NCBI GenBank assembly: GCA_035540555.1 | Contig: DATLGJ010000043.1 | Location: forward strand, 36,007 to 100,006 | DNA: 64,000 nucleotides | Source: Candidatus Limnocylindrales bacterium | GTDB lineage: Bacteria; Chloroflexota; Limnocylindria; Limnocylindrales; CSP1-4 | Direction: 5' to 3' | Shown here: piece after piece, positions 46,436 to 58,891 of the stretch | Layout of the letters: every line of letters starts with the position of its first letter | How positions within the stretch are numbered: the first letter of the stretch is position 1 | Translations under genes and position numbers: made by a program | Notes under the pieces: model-generated | Seen by the model: the letters and a program-made list of their open reading frames with translations, nothing else | What the model was told of the DNA's origin: nothing | Database searches by the model: none

Positions 46436-47824
46436 TTACGGTCGAGAGACGGCAAGCTCTCCTTCGGTTGGCCAGGTGGCTGGCGAGGCGGGAGTGCCGC
46501 CACCCTCCGGCAATGGGCGGAGCGCAGATTTCAGGTTCGCGGTCGGCCCGGCGATCTCGGTCCTGTTGCGGCCGCCGGCCTTTGCCGAGTAGAGGGCTCC
46601 GTCCGCCCGCGCCAGCCAGGAGTCGTCGTCGGCGCCAAGGCCTTCGGGGCCCAGCATCGCGATGCCGATGCTGACCGTGACCACCCCGAGCGGTGGGTTG
46701 CCAGGGTTGGCGAGGGCCAGTCGTCGGACGTTATGACGCAGACGGTCGGCGATGGTGAATGCCTCGCCTTCGGTCGCCCGAGGAAGCAGCACGAAGAACT
46801 CCTCGCCGCCCGTCCGGTAGACGCCGTCCATCGGGCGCAGCGCTTCGCGCATCGCCCTGACCACTTCAGCCAGGACACGATCGCCGGCTGCGTGGCCGAA
46901 ATGGTCGTTGATCCGCTTGAAGTGGTCGATGTCGATCGCCAGCAGGGCCCACGACTCGCCGCTTCGGCTGATGCCCGCGCGCGCCTCGACGAGGTCCTCG
47001 GCGAGCCGGATGCGGTTGCGTGCGCCGGTCAGCGGATCGTGGCGCAGGCTGGCGTGCAGTGCCCGATTGACGTCGGCGAGCTCGGCCCGCCTGGCGATCA
47101 GTGCCTCGCGAAGAGCGAATGCCCGTTTGTCCTCGCGCTCGTGCAGCAGGTTGCCGGCAAGGCTGATGCCGGTGGTCGCCAGGGCGGTCACCGCCAGGGC
47201 GAAGCGATCGTTGTCCGACAACCCGGGCATCACCATGATGGCCGGCAGCGCAATCGCCGAGTTCACCATCAGCCAAATGGCATGGCTCAGTGGCCGCCAT
47301 GGGATGAGCAACGCGACGCCCAGCGGAATTACCAGCAGCCAGCCCGCCGCCAGCCACGTCAAGGCCGGCTCCGCCAGGCCGGAAAATGCCGAAGAAACGG
47401 AGCTGCCGGTGGCAATCAAGCCGACGACCAGCGACGGGTGAGTGCGCAGCGGGCCGCGCAGCAGGATGTGGCCGGCCAGCGCCAGCACCCCTAACGTGCC
47501 CTGGGCCGCAAGCGTCAGCGTCAGCGCCTCGCTGCCGACGAAGGCCATGGCGAGGACATTGAGCGAGGCCACCGCCGGGACGACCAGTACCGCGGGCACG
47601 GCGTGGCGCCGGGTGCGCGCCCGTTCGAAGGCCAGGTACCGGCGCCCCTGCCGACGCATCCCCGCCCGTCGGCGGTGGCTGCCGCGGTGCGGCTCGAGCC
47701 AGTCCTCCTGGGCCGCTATTTCGAGCCGCCCGTAACCGGTCGGTGCTTGAGCAGTCATTGGCCCAAGAGTGACCCGCACGCTAGAGTGACGAAATGGACC
47801 AGAGGTACCTGCAGCGCTCACCAT
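46436..47824 (-). CDS. membrane-bound diguanylate cyclase (GGDEF) with I-site
   Basis: About 6 TM spans, then HDPLTGARNR, IDIDHFKRINDHFGHAAGD, the I-site RPMD five residues before GGEEF, and ALYSAKAGGRNR. The start could be ATG 47758 (MTAQAPTG). Confidence 0.85.
   Translation of the reverse strand: MVSAAGTSGPFRHSSVRVTLGPMTAQAPTGYGRLEIAAQEDWLEPHRGSHRRRAGMRRQGRRYLAFERARTRRHAVPAVLVVPAVASLNVLAMAFVGSEALTLTLAAQGTLGVLALAGHILLRGPLRTHPSLVVGLIATGSSVSSAFSGLAEPALTWLAAGWLLVIPLGVALLIPWRPLSHAIWLMVNSAIALPAIMVMPGLSDNDRFALAVTALATTGISLAGNLLHEREDKRAFALREALIARRAELADVNRALHASLRHDPLTGARNRIRLAEDLVEARAGISRSGESWALLAIDIDHFKRINDHFGHAAGDRVLAEVVRAMREALRPMDGVYRTGGEEFFVLLPRATEGEAFTIADRLRHNVRRLALANPGNPPLGVVTVSIGIAMLGPEGLGADDDSWLARADGALYSAKAGGRNRTEIAGPTANLKSALRPLPEGGGTPASPATWPTEGELAVSRP
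47766..47790. repeat. 8-bp direct repeat AGAGTGAC x2 (17-bp phasing) in the GGDEF / GH13-like divergent region
   Basis: AGAGTGAC at 47766-73 and 47783-90. The second copy contains the TAGAGT -10-like box (47782-87). Confidence 0.6.
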
Positions 47825-47850
47825 CCGCCTCGTCGGCGCGAGCGGAGTGA
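47794..47850 (+). CDS. possible leaderless 18-codon upstream ORF coupled (GTGA) to the GH13-like gene
   Basis: TAGAGT-N6-ATG(47794). The peptide is MDQRYLQRSPSASSARAE. Its TGA (47848-50) overlaps the GTG start (47847) of the next gene. There is no homology support. Confidence 0.2.
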   Translation: MDQRYLQRSPSASSARAE

Positions 47851-50800
47851 CGGCCCGCCCACGACCCGCGGAGCCACGGTACGAGTTCCACGTCTCTCGG
47901 GAGGCACGAGCACGCTACGGCTTCGAGGACGTGCTCTTCGGCCTGAGCGGCAACGTCGTATTCGCTGATTACGCCGCGTCGCGCCGCTTTGCGGCGGCAA
48001 TCAACGCGCAGCGCGACCTGCAGGCCGACCCCGGGGCGGCCGTCCGGGCCGGGGACCTGAACGCGATGGGTCTGGTCGACGAGATCCTCCATCACGTGAT
48101 CGAGCTCTATCGGCAGCAGGTTGACCCTCGGTTGATGGGCGACGCCCTGGCCGAATTGGAGGGCCGGCTGGGTCGTGAGACCCTCGACGCCGCGCTGCTC
48201 CAGTTCGTGGAGCGGTTTCCGGGCAGCGCCGTCTACCACCAATCGTTGGCCGCGGCCGAGTACCTCCAGGGAAAGACCGGCGGCACCGATAACCGGGAGC
48301 TGGTGCTCGAGGAGCTGCTGCTGCTGTGGCTGGCCAATCAGAACCCGGCCTTCGCACCGTTCGGCGAGCTGTTCGACGACCGACCGTTGGAGGAGCGCAG
48401 CGCGTACCCCGCCATCATCCGCGGCCTGCACGCGTTCTTCCGCGCCCGGCCCACCTTCGGGCCCGCCGGGGACGACCTCATCACGCTGTTGCGCAGGCCA
48501 GCTCTCGAGGCCGGCGACTCGCTGGCCGGCCAGCTTCGCTGGCTGCGTGAGCGCTGGGGATTCGCGCTGCAGCGCTTCGGCGACCGGATGCTGGTCGGAC
48601 TGGATGTCATCTCCGAGGAGGAGCGCGCGGCCTGGATGCGCTTCCATCCAATGGGCGGGAACCGCGGGGGCGTGGACGGCGATGGCGACGCCTCGGCGCT
48701 GCACGAGTTCGCCGAGCTGGAGGGCGAGCCCGAGCGTTTCAGCCAGGACCTGGACTGGATGCCGCGGCTCGTGCTCGTGGCCAAGAGCACCTACGTCTGG
48801 CTCGACCAGCTCGCGCGCAAGCACCGCCGCCCCATCTGGCGCCTCGACCAGATCCCCGACGAGGAGCTCGATCGGCTGGCGGATGCGGGCTTCAGCGGGC
48901 TGTGGCTGATCGGGCTGTGGGAGCGCAGCCGCGCCTCACAGACGATCAAGCAGATGCGTGGCCAGCCCGACGCCGTGGCCTCTGCCTACTCGCTGATGGA
49001 CTACCGCATCGCCGCCGATCTGGGTGGCGACGAGGCGTACGGCAACCTGCGTGACCGCGCGGCCGCGCGCGGCATCCGACTGGCCAGCGACATGGTGCCC
49101 AATCACATGGGCATCGACTCGCGCTGGGTCGTCGAGCATCCGGACTGGTTCGTCTCGCGCTCGGACCCGCCCTACCCGGCCTACAGCTACGAAGGCCCCA
49201 ACCTCTCGTCGGACGAGAGGGTCGGCATCTACCTGGAGGATCACTACTTCGACAACACCGATGCGGCAGTGACCTTCAAGCGCGTGGATCGCTGGTCGGG
49301 GGAGGTGCGCTACGTCTACCACGGCAATGACGGCACCAGCACACCCTGGAACGACACCGCCCAGCTGGACTACCTCAATCCGGACGTGCGCGAGGCGGTC
49401 GTCCAGACCATCCTCGAGGTAGCGCGCCGCTTCCCGGTGATCCGCTTCGACGCTGCCATGACGCTGGCCAAGCGGCACATCCAGCGACTCTGGTACCCCG
49501 AGCCCGGAAGCGGCAGCGGCGCGATACCGTCTCGCGCGGAGTTCGCCATGACCAAGCGTGACTTCGACCAGCGCATGCCGGAGGAGTTCTGGCGCGAGGT
49601 CGTTGATCGGGTCGCGGCTGAGGCGCCCGACACGCTGCTGCTTGCCGAGGCCTTCTGGCTCATGGAGGGCTACTTCGTACGCACCCTCGGCATGCACCGC
49701 GTGTACAACAGCGCGTTCATGAACATGATGCGCGACGAGAAGAACGCGGAGTACCGGCTGGTGGTCAAGAACACCCTTGCCTTCGACCCGCAGATCCTGA
49801 AGCGCTACGTCAACTTCATGAACAACCCCGACGAGCGTACGGCGGTCGACCAGTTCGGCAAGGGCGACAAGTACTTCGGGGTGGCGACGGTGATGGCGAC
49901 GATGCCCGGGCTGCCGATGTTCGGCCACGGACAGGTCGAGGGCCTGACCGAGCGGTACGGCATGGAGTTCCGCCGGGCGAGGATCGACGAGCAACCCGAT
50001 GAGGACCTGATTGACCGCCACGAGCGGGAGATATTCCCGCTGCTGCACCGCCGGGAGGCCTTCGCTGAATCGGCTGGCTTCGTGCTGTACGACTTTCAGG
50101 CCGAAGATGGCTCGGTCAACGAGGACGTCTTCGCCTACTCCAACCGGCGCGGCGACCAGCGCTCACTGGTCATTTACCACAACCGCTATGCCGAGACGCG
50201 CGGCTGGATCCGCCGCGCGGCCGTAACCGGCCGCTCCCTCGCTGACGGCCTCGCACTGGTCGCAGACGACTCGCGGTTCGTGGTCATGCGCGACCTGCGC
50301 ACCGGGCTCGAGCATCTGCGCTCGCAGGCGGCCCTGGCGAGGGAGGGGCTGTTCCTCGAGCTCGGCGCGTACAGCTGCCACGTGTTCCTCGACCTGCGCG
50401 ACGTGGTCGACCACGACGGCCGCTGGCGTCGGCTGGCCGACTACCTCGGCGGCAGGGGGGTGCCGTCGCTTGACGACGCGATGCTCGAGCTGGAGCTGGC
50501 CCCTCTCCACGCGGCCCTCCGCGAGGGGCGCACCGCAGGCGCGTTGACAGAGGTTGCGCGTCTGCTGGGCAGCGACTCGCCGCCGGTGGACGCCGAGCTG
50601 ACGTCCGGCCCTCTGCCCGAGCTTATCGACGACCTCGTTGCGCGGCACCGTCCGGCGCTGGCTGGCGGCGCCTGGATCGACGAGTGGCTGGTCGACCGGG
50701 TGCTGCCGGACGCGGACCTGATCGCCCTTCGCCTGGAGCTGCGCCGGCGGGCGCCCGAAGTCGACGGCGAGAGCCTCAATGGGCGCCTGCCCGGCGAGCT

Positions 50801-51167
50801 GCTGCAGAGCGCCCGCTTTCGCCGGATGATCGGGGTAAACCACCACCAGGGCATCGAGTGGTTCAACAAGGAGCGCTTCGAGCGAGCCGTGGACGCTCTG
50901 CCGGTGGCGGCCGGCCAGCGCCGACAGCTGCGAACCGCCGCCGAGAAGTCCGGTTACCGTGTCGACCGGTTGGCCGCGGCGCTGCAGTCGTCCGCAGGGC
51001 CGAAGCCAGCCAAGGCGGCCAAGGCCGAGAAGCCGACGAAGGCGCCCAAGCATGCCAAGGCGGCCAAGGCCCAGAAACCGGCCAAAACTGACAAGCCGAC
51101 CAAGGCTGATAAGGCGGCCAGGCTCGAGAAGTCGGCCGGCCGGAGGATGAGATCGAAGGAACAGTGA
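47847..51167 (+). CDS. large alpha-amylase-family (GH13-like) protein with unknown N- and C-terminal domains and a Lys/Ala/Pro-rich tail
   Basis: GH13 regions are I ASDMVPNH (~49088), II VIRFDAAMTLAKRH (~49438), III LLLAEAFW (~49641) and IV NFMNNPDE (~49811). 1106 aa. The stop overlaps the glgE GTG. Confidence 0.85.
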   Translation: MTARPRPAEPRYEFHVSREARARYGFEDVLFGLSGNVVFADYAASRRFAAAINAQRDLQADPGAAVRAGDLNAMGLVDEILHHVIELYRQQVDPRLMGDALAELEGRLGRETLDAALLQFVERFPGSAVYHQSLAAAEYLQGKTGGTDNRELVLEELLLLWLANQNPAFAPFGELFDDRPLEERSAYPAIIRGLHAFFRARPTFGPAGDDLITLLRRPALEAGDSLAGQLRWLRERWGFALQRFGDRMLVGLDVISEEERAAWMRFHPMGGNRGGVDGDGDASALHEFAELEGEPERFSQDLDWMPRLVLVAKSTYVWLDQLARKHRRPIWRLDQIPDEELDRLADAGFSGLWLIGLWERSRASQTIKQMRGQPDAVASAYSLMDYRIAADLGGDEAYGNLRDRAAARGIRLASDMVPNHMGIDSRWVVEHPDWFVSRSDPPYPAYSYEGPNLSSDERVGIYLEDHYFDNTDAAVTFKRVDRWSGEVRYVYHGNDGTSTPWNDTAQLDYLNPDVREAVVQTILEVARRFPVIRFDAAMTLAKRHIQRLWYPEPGSGSGAIPSRAEFAMTKRDFDQRMPEEFWREVVDRVAAEAPDTLLLAEAFWLMEGYFVRTLGMHRVYNSAFMNMMRDEKNAEYRLVVKNTLAFDPQILKRYVNFMNNPDERTAVDQFGKGDKYFGVATVMATMPGLPMFGHGQVEGLTERYGMEFRRARIDEQPDEDLIDRHEREIFPLLHRREAFAESAGFVLYDFQAEDGSVNEDVFAYSNRRGDQRSLVIYHNRYAETRGWIRRAAVTGRSLADGLALVADDSRFVVMRDLRTGLEHLRSQAALAREGLFLELGAYSCHVFLDLRDVVDHDGRWRRLADYLGGRGVPSLDDAMLELELAPLHAALREGRTAGALTEVARLLGSDSPPVDAELTSGPLPELIDDLVARHRPALAGGAWIDEWLVDRVLPDADLIALRLELRRRAPEVDGESLNGRLPGELLQSARFRRMIGVNHHQGIEWFNKERFERAVDALPVAAGQRRQLRTAAEKSGYRVDRLAAALQSSAGPKPAKAAKAEKPTKAPKHAKAAKAQKPAKTDKPTKADKAARLEKSAGRRMRSKEQ
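50988..51164 (+). repeat. low-complexity coding repeat (KAAKA/KPxK units) forming the C-terminal tail of the GH13-like protein
   Basis: [59 protein letters not shown]. It contains a perfect 18-bp direct repeat GCCAAGGCGGCCAAGGCC at 51009-51026 and 51054-51071. Confidence 0.85.
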
Positions 51168-53110
51168 GCGACCTGCCCGCCGACGGCCGACAGAGGGTCG
51201 TCATCGAGAACGTCACGCCCCGCGTCGATAGCGGCCGCTTCCCGGTCAAGCGTGTCGTGGGTGACCGGCTGAACGTCCGGGCCGATGCCTTCGGCGACGG
51301 CCACGACGAGATCCGGGTCGTGCTGCGCTGGGCGGGGCCGGTGACCACGGCGGCGCCTGAGCCGGCATGGCACGAGACGGAGATGGAGCCCCTGGGTAAC
51401 GACCTCTGGCAGGCCACAATCTCGCTAGAGGAGCTGGGCCGCTACCGCTACACGGTCGTCGGCTGGGTCGATCGCCTGGGCACCTGGCACCACGACCTGG
51501 CCAAGCGCATCGAGGCGGACCAGGACGTGACGGTGGACCTGCAGATCGGCCGACAGCTCCTGGAGGAGGCAGCCGATCGGGCAGAGGCGGCCGGCGAGCC
51601 GGGCGACGCCCGGCGCCTGCGCGACAACGACGAGATCACCGACGAGCTGGTCGCGCTGGGGCTGCGCTACCCGGATCGGGAGCACGAGTCGGCCTACGAG
51701 CACGTGCTGGAGGTTGTCGTGGACCCCGAGCGGGCCCGGTTCTCCGCCTGGTACGAGATGTTTCCGCGTTCCGCCTCACCCGACCCGGACCGGCACGGCA
51801 CCCTGCGCGATGTGATCCGTCGGCTGCCCTACGTCGCATCCATGGGCTTCGACATTCTCTACCTGCCGCCGATCCATCCGATTGGACGGCAGTTCCGCAA
51901 GGGCCCCAACAACGTCACGACCGGCACCGAAGGGGATCCGGGCGTGCCGTGGGCCATCGGCGGGCCCGAAGGGGGGCACATGTCGATCCATCCCGAGCTG
52001 GGCACGTTCGACGACTTTGCCGCGCTGGTCGAGGCGGCACGGGGCCACGGCATCCAGCTCGCGCTGGACATCGCTTTCCAGGCCTCGCCCGACCACCCAT
52101 GGGTGGCGGAGCACCCGAGCTGGTTTCGCCAGCGACCCGACGGGACCGTCCAGTACGCCGAGAACCCACCCAAGAAATACCAGGACATCTACCCCTTCGA
52201 CTTCGAGTCGGAGGACTGGCCCGCGCTCTGGCAGGCGCTGCATGACGTCTTCGCCTTCTGGATCGAGCGGGGCGTGACGATCTTCCGCGTGGACAACCCA
52301 CACACGAAGGCCTTTCCGTTCTGGGAATGGTGCATCGGCCGGCTCAAGTCGGTTCACCCTGAAGCCCTGTTCCTGTCCGAGGCCTTCACGCGGCCGAAGG
52401 TGATGTACCGCCTGGCCAAGATCGGCTTCAGCCAGTCGTACACCTACTTCACCTGGCGGACCGAGAAGCAGGAGATGACCGAGTACGTCCGTGAGCTGTC
52501 GCGCCCGCCGGTGTCCGACTTCTTCCGGCCGAACTTCTGGCCGAACACGCCGGACATCCTGCACGCCACGCTCCAGGAGGGTGGTCGGCCGATGTTCGTC
52601 AACCGCGCCGTGATGGCGGCCACCATGACCGCCAGCTGGGGCATCTATGGGCCTGCCTTCGAGCTTGTCGAGAACACCCCGCGCGAGCCCGGCAGCGAGG
52701 AGTACCTCGACTCGGAGAAGTACCAGCAGCGGACGTGGGACCTGGAACGCGCCGACAGCCTGGCTCCGTTGATTCGACGCCTCAACCGCGCACGAACTGA
52801 TCACCCTGCGCTCCAGACGAACGAGCATGTCGTCTTCCACCCCATCGACAACGACCAGCTGCTGGCATGGAGCAAGACCAGCGCCGACGGATCGGACGTC
52901 GTGCTTGTCGTTGTGAGCCTTGAACCGACCACCCGGCAGGGCGGCACCCTCCAGCTTGACCTGCCCGCATTGGGCCTGCCGACCGAGACGGCGCTCGAGG
53001 CGCGCGATCTTCTGGACGACGCCGTCTACGCCTGGCGCGGCCCGCTGGTCCCGATCGAGCTCGACCCGATCGAGCGCCCGGCCCACGTCTTCGACCTGCG
53101 CCGCCGATGA
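51164..53110 (+). CDS. glgE: alpha-1,4-glucan:maltose-1-phosphate maltosyltransferase
   Basis: [54 protein letters not shown] and [16 protein letters not shown] start. Confidence 0.95.
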   Translation: MSDLPADGRQRVVIENVTPRVDSGRFPVKRVVGDRLNVRADAFGDGHDEIRVVLRWAGPVTTAAPEPAWHETEMEPLGNDLWQATISLEELGRYRYTVVGWVDRLGTWHHDLAKRIEADQDVTVDLQIGRQLLEEAADRAEAAGEPGDARRLRDNDEITDELVALGLRYPDREHESAYEHVLEVVVDPERARFSAWYEMFPRSASPDPDRHGTLRDVIRRLPYVASMGFDILYLPPIHPIGRQFRKGPNNVTTGTEGDPGVPWAIGGPEGGHMSIHPELGTFDDFAALVEAARGHGIQLALDIAFQASPDHPWVAEHPSWFRQRPDGTVQYAENPPKKYQDIYPFDFESEDWPALWQALHDVFAFWIERGVTIFRVDNPHTKAFPFWEWCIGRLKSVHPEALFLSEAFTRPKVMYRLAKIGFSQSYTYFTWRTEKQEMTEYVRELSRPPVSDFFRPNFWPNTPDILHATLQEGGRPMFVNRAVMAATMTASWGIYGPAFELVENTPREPGSEEYLDSEKYQQRTWDLERADSLAPLIRRLNRARTDHPALQTNEHVVFHPIDNDQLLAWSKTSADGSDVVLVVVSLEPTTRQGGTLQLDLPALGLPTETALEARDLLDDAVYAWRGPLVPIELDPIERPAHVFDLRRR

Positions 53111-53144
53111 CCTGTCGCACGCACGTAGGTGGCAGGCGCCGCGC

Positions 53145-56498
<3,354 letters not shown>

Positions 56499-56506
56499 GG
56501 CCCGCC

Positions 56507-56923
56507 GTGCGCATTGACCCGCGCCGATTCGGTCTGCGTGCGCCGCCCTTCGAACTGGACCCGTTGCGCGCGCTCGGTCTCTATTGGGCGGCGACCGGAG
56601 CCTGGGCGCTGGTCGACATGCGTACGTTCGAGCTGGTCACGGGCCCCAAGACGGACAGGTGGCTGGTCCAGTCGTTCGGCGCGCTGGTCAGCGCCACGGG
56701 GCTGGGTCTGCTTGTCGCAGATGGTCCGCAGGGGCGGCGCGACGCGGCCCGCATCGGGACCCTCGGCGCGCTGGCCATCGCCACCTGCGAGATGGTCTTC
56801 GTCAAGCGGCGCCAGATCCGGCCGATCTACCTCGCCGACGCGGCGGTCGAGCTTGGCCTGGTGGCAGCGATGATGATCGCGTCCGGTCCGAGGGTGACGA
56901 AGCGGCCGACGGTAACCGCCTGA
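56507..56923 (+). CDS. hypothetical membrane protein (about 4 TM)
   Basis: GTG at 56507 within ORF 56237..56923. Hydrophobic spans are LGLYWAATGAWALV, FGALVSATGLGLLV, LGALAIATCEMVF and LGLVAAMMIA. The 3' end overlaps the convergent PRC gene by ~97 nt. Confidence 0.5.
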   Translation: MRIDPRRFGLRAPPFELDPLRALGLYWAATGAWALVDMRTFELVTGPKTDRWLVQSFGALVSATGLGLLVADGPQGRRDAARIGTLGALAIATCEMVFVKRRQIRPIYLADAAVELGLVAAMMIASGPRVTKRPTVTA

Positions 56924-57297
56924 CCTGGCACATGGAGACGCGCGACGCGACCTGACAGCTCGTCGAGCTCGATGTCTTCGAGCTCGCCGAGAGAGTCGCC
57001 CTCATCGGTCAGGACGCTCTTGCCCAACAGCTCGAGCTCGCCTCCGACAAGGCGCTTTTCCTGTTCACCTTCTGCCGGTCGGGCAACCTCGCCGCCGTGC
57101 ACGAAGACGCCATCGACACCCACCTCGGTCACCGATGACCAGGCCATGATCAGCTGCCTGCCCTCGGCCGTTACCAGGTGCGCAAAAGTGATGCTGCCGC
57201 GCTGCGGGTCCAGCAGCACATGCCGAATGCTGCCCAGCTGGGCTCCGCTGCCCTTGGCTATCACCCGCTGGCCCACCAGCTGGCTCAGCCGGATCAC
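56827..57297 (-). CDS. PRC-barrel domain protein (two PRC-like halves)
   Basis: MIRLSQLVGQRVIAKGSGAQLGSIRHVLLDPQRGSITF..., and a second half LLGKSVLTDEGDSLGELEDIELDELSGRVARLHV. The GTG start overlaps the upstream stop (GTGA). Confidence 0.7.
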   Translation of the reverse strand: MIRLSQLVGQRVIAKGSGAQLGSIRHVLLDPQRGSITFAHLVTAEGRQLIMAWSSVTEVGVDGVFVHGGEVARPAEGEQEKRLVGGELELLGKSVLTDEGDSLGELEDIELDELSGRVARLHVPGQAVTVGRFVTLGPDAIIIAATRPSSTAASAR

Positions 57298-57917
57298 GTG
57301 TCTTCGCCTCGCCCCGAAACAGGAGCCTCAGACCGCGGCAATGAGGCCGATCGCTGGGAACCCTCGGCAGAGCGCCGCTGGCGCGCGCGCTCGAGCTCGC
57401 GGCTGAACCCGACGAGGCCCTCCACGGCCAGTTGCTCCGTCCCGCTCGGAACGACTATCTGCTCGCTCCATTCCTCCTGGCCCTCGGGTGCCGGGACGAT
57501 CAGCTCACGGCCATCTTCACGTTCCAGGCAGTAACCGACCACCCGCAGCCGGTCGCCGGCCGACTCGAGCACGATGTCCCCGACCAGGCCGAGCTCTACC
57601 CCGTCTACTGTGATCACCTCCGCGCCCGGCGCCTCGCGCTGGTCGGCGATGCGCTGCTTGATGGCCTCCTTCTCGCGCACGAGCACGGAGCCGTCGGGCA
57701 CCATCACGGCGTCGTTGCCTGCCGAGTGGATCGACTCTGCCGGCAGAAAGCCGAGCAGCGGTGGGGACAGGAGGCCGCGTCCGCGCAGGGTGAACCCGGC
57801 TATGCGTGACTCGCGCGGGTCGAACAGGACGTCGCGCACCTCCCCGATGATGCGTGCCTCATCGAGCGTGACCACGGGCATCCCGATCAGGTCGGACGCC
57901 CGCATGATGCGGGTCAC
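57294..57917 (-). CDS. PRC-barrel domain protein (two PRC-like halves)
   Basis: ASDLIGMPVVTLDEARIIGEVRDVLFDPRESRIAGFTL..., and a second half VITVDGVELGLVGDIVLESAGDRLRVVGYCL. The start is GTG 57917 or ATG 57905. Confidence 0.8.
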   Translation of the reverse strand: MTRIMRASDLIGMPVVTLDEARIIGEVRDVLFDPRESRIAGFTLRGRGLLSPPLLGFLPAESIHSAGNDAVMVPDGSVLVREKEAIKQRIADQREAPGAEVITVDGVELGLVGDIVLESAGDRLRVVGYCLEREDGRELIVPAPEGQEEWSEQIVVPSGTEQLAVEGLVGFSRELERARQRRSAEGSQRSASLPRSEAPVSGRGEDT

Positions 57918-58093
57918 TTATGGGCGCTCGAAGCCCGCCCTGTGTGCGCCCGGCGCCGCCCGTCAAGGGCCCGCACGGGGATTGATGACACGACCAGGAT
58001 GGTGCCGTCACGGCGCTGGCGCAGGAAAGCGAGCACGCCGAGCGCAAGCATGACGACCACCGCCATGAGGCCGAGGAAGAGAAGCAGCTCCAT
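57914..58093 (-). CDS. possible small single-TM protein (59 aa)
   Basis: MELLLFLGLMAVVVMLALGVLAFLRQRRDG... Its stop overlaps the PRC gene's GTG (GTGA). No homology evidence. Confidence 0.4.
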   Translation of the reverse strand: MELLLFLGLMAVVVMLALGVLAFLRQRRDGTILVVSSIPVRALDGRRRAHTGRASSAHK

Positions 58094-58167
58094 GCGCCGA
58101 CAGTAGGCGGTCGGCGCTTGCATCCCCGGCAGGCCGAGCGACCGCGCGTTGCGCGCTACTTACAGCT

Positions 58168-58884
58168 TCAGAACGGAGGCCAGGGGATCGCTGGTCGCGT
58201 CGAATCAGGATGGGGGAATCTGGGTTGGTCAAGGAGGGTTCGAGCCCGCCCAACCGTTGCCTCAACCTCGGCCGCGCTCAGCAGCTGCCGGAGCTGCCCG
58301 CCGAGGTCTCCTGCCAGAGCGGCGGAGACGCGCTCGACGCCGGACAGCTCCTCCTCGTTGAGCGGCTGGCCCCGCCAGGCCCACAGGATGGTCCTCAGCT
58401 TCGGTTGAGCTGAGAAGCAGATGCCGTGGTCGACCCCGTGCACATGGCCGTCCGGCACCGGAATCAGATGGCCGCCCTTGCGGTCGGCGTTGTTGGCAAG
58501 CACGTCGAAGACCGCGATCCGGCGCAGCCGCTCATCCGACGCCTGCAGCAGGGCCAGGATGTCAGTCTCGACATCCTCGTCCACCCACTCCTGGACCATG
58601 CCCGGCCCGAGGGGGCCGTTGCGCAGCACCGTCAGCGGCACGATCCGCCAGCCAGTTGCCTCGGATAACAGGTACGCGGCGCGCTCGCGATTGGCGAGGG
58701 TCCCCACCGGAAAGTCGCTCAGCGGCCTCTCGCCACGAATGGGCTTGTAGATCGCCCGGCGCACCGGCCCGGCGGCCATCCCGACCTCGACCAGGTATGT
58801 CGCATTTGTCGCGTCGAGCACCCTGCCGACGAGCTCAATCTCGCCGCTGGTCAGCCAGCTGTCCTGCGAAAGCCCGCCCTTCAA
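58168..58884 (-). CDS. SCO1664-family protein (PI3/PI4-kinase-like fold)
   Basis: GEIELVGRVLDATNATYLVEV, AIYKPIRGERPL, AVFDVLANNADRKGGHL (catalytic-loop-like) and HGVDHGICF (DFG-like). The TTG start is 7 nt after the DUF3090 stop. Confidence 0.85.
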   Translation of the reverse strand: MKGGLSQDSWLTSGEIELVGRVLDATNATYLVEVGMAAGPVRRAIYKPIRGERPLSDFPVGTLANRERAAYLLSEATGWRIVPLTVLRNGPLGPGMVQEWVDEDVETDILALLQASDERLRRIAVFDVLANNADRKGGHLIPVPDGHVHGVDHGICFSAQPKLRTILWAWRGQPLNEEELSGVERVSAALAGDLGGQLRQLLSAAEVEATVGRARTLLDQPRFPHPDSTRPAIPWPPF

Positions 58885-58891
58885 GGGCTGG

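Noticed and set aside
50988-51164. The Lys/Ala-rich segment as a separate histone-like (HU/Hlp tail) gene.
   Set aside because: It is in frame with the GH13-like ORF and continuous with it, with no internal start or RBS. I treat it as a C-terminal tail.
56827-56923. A ~97-nt convergent overlap between the 56507..56923 membrane ORF and the PRC-barrel gene.
   Set aside because: Both ends are low-information tails. The overlap probably reflects uncertain stop or start calls for two weakly supported termini rather than biology.
58223-58256. A tRNA-like T-arm sequence, GGGTTCGAGCCC, flanked by GGTTGG...CCAACC.
   Set aside because: I could not build a D-arm, anticodon arm or acceptor stem. It lies inside the well-supported SCO1664-family CDS. 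It is most likely a chance resemblance.
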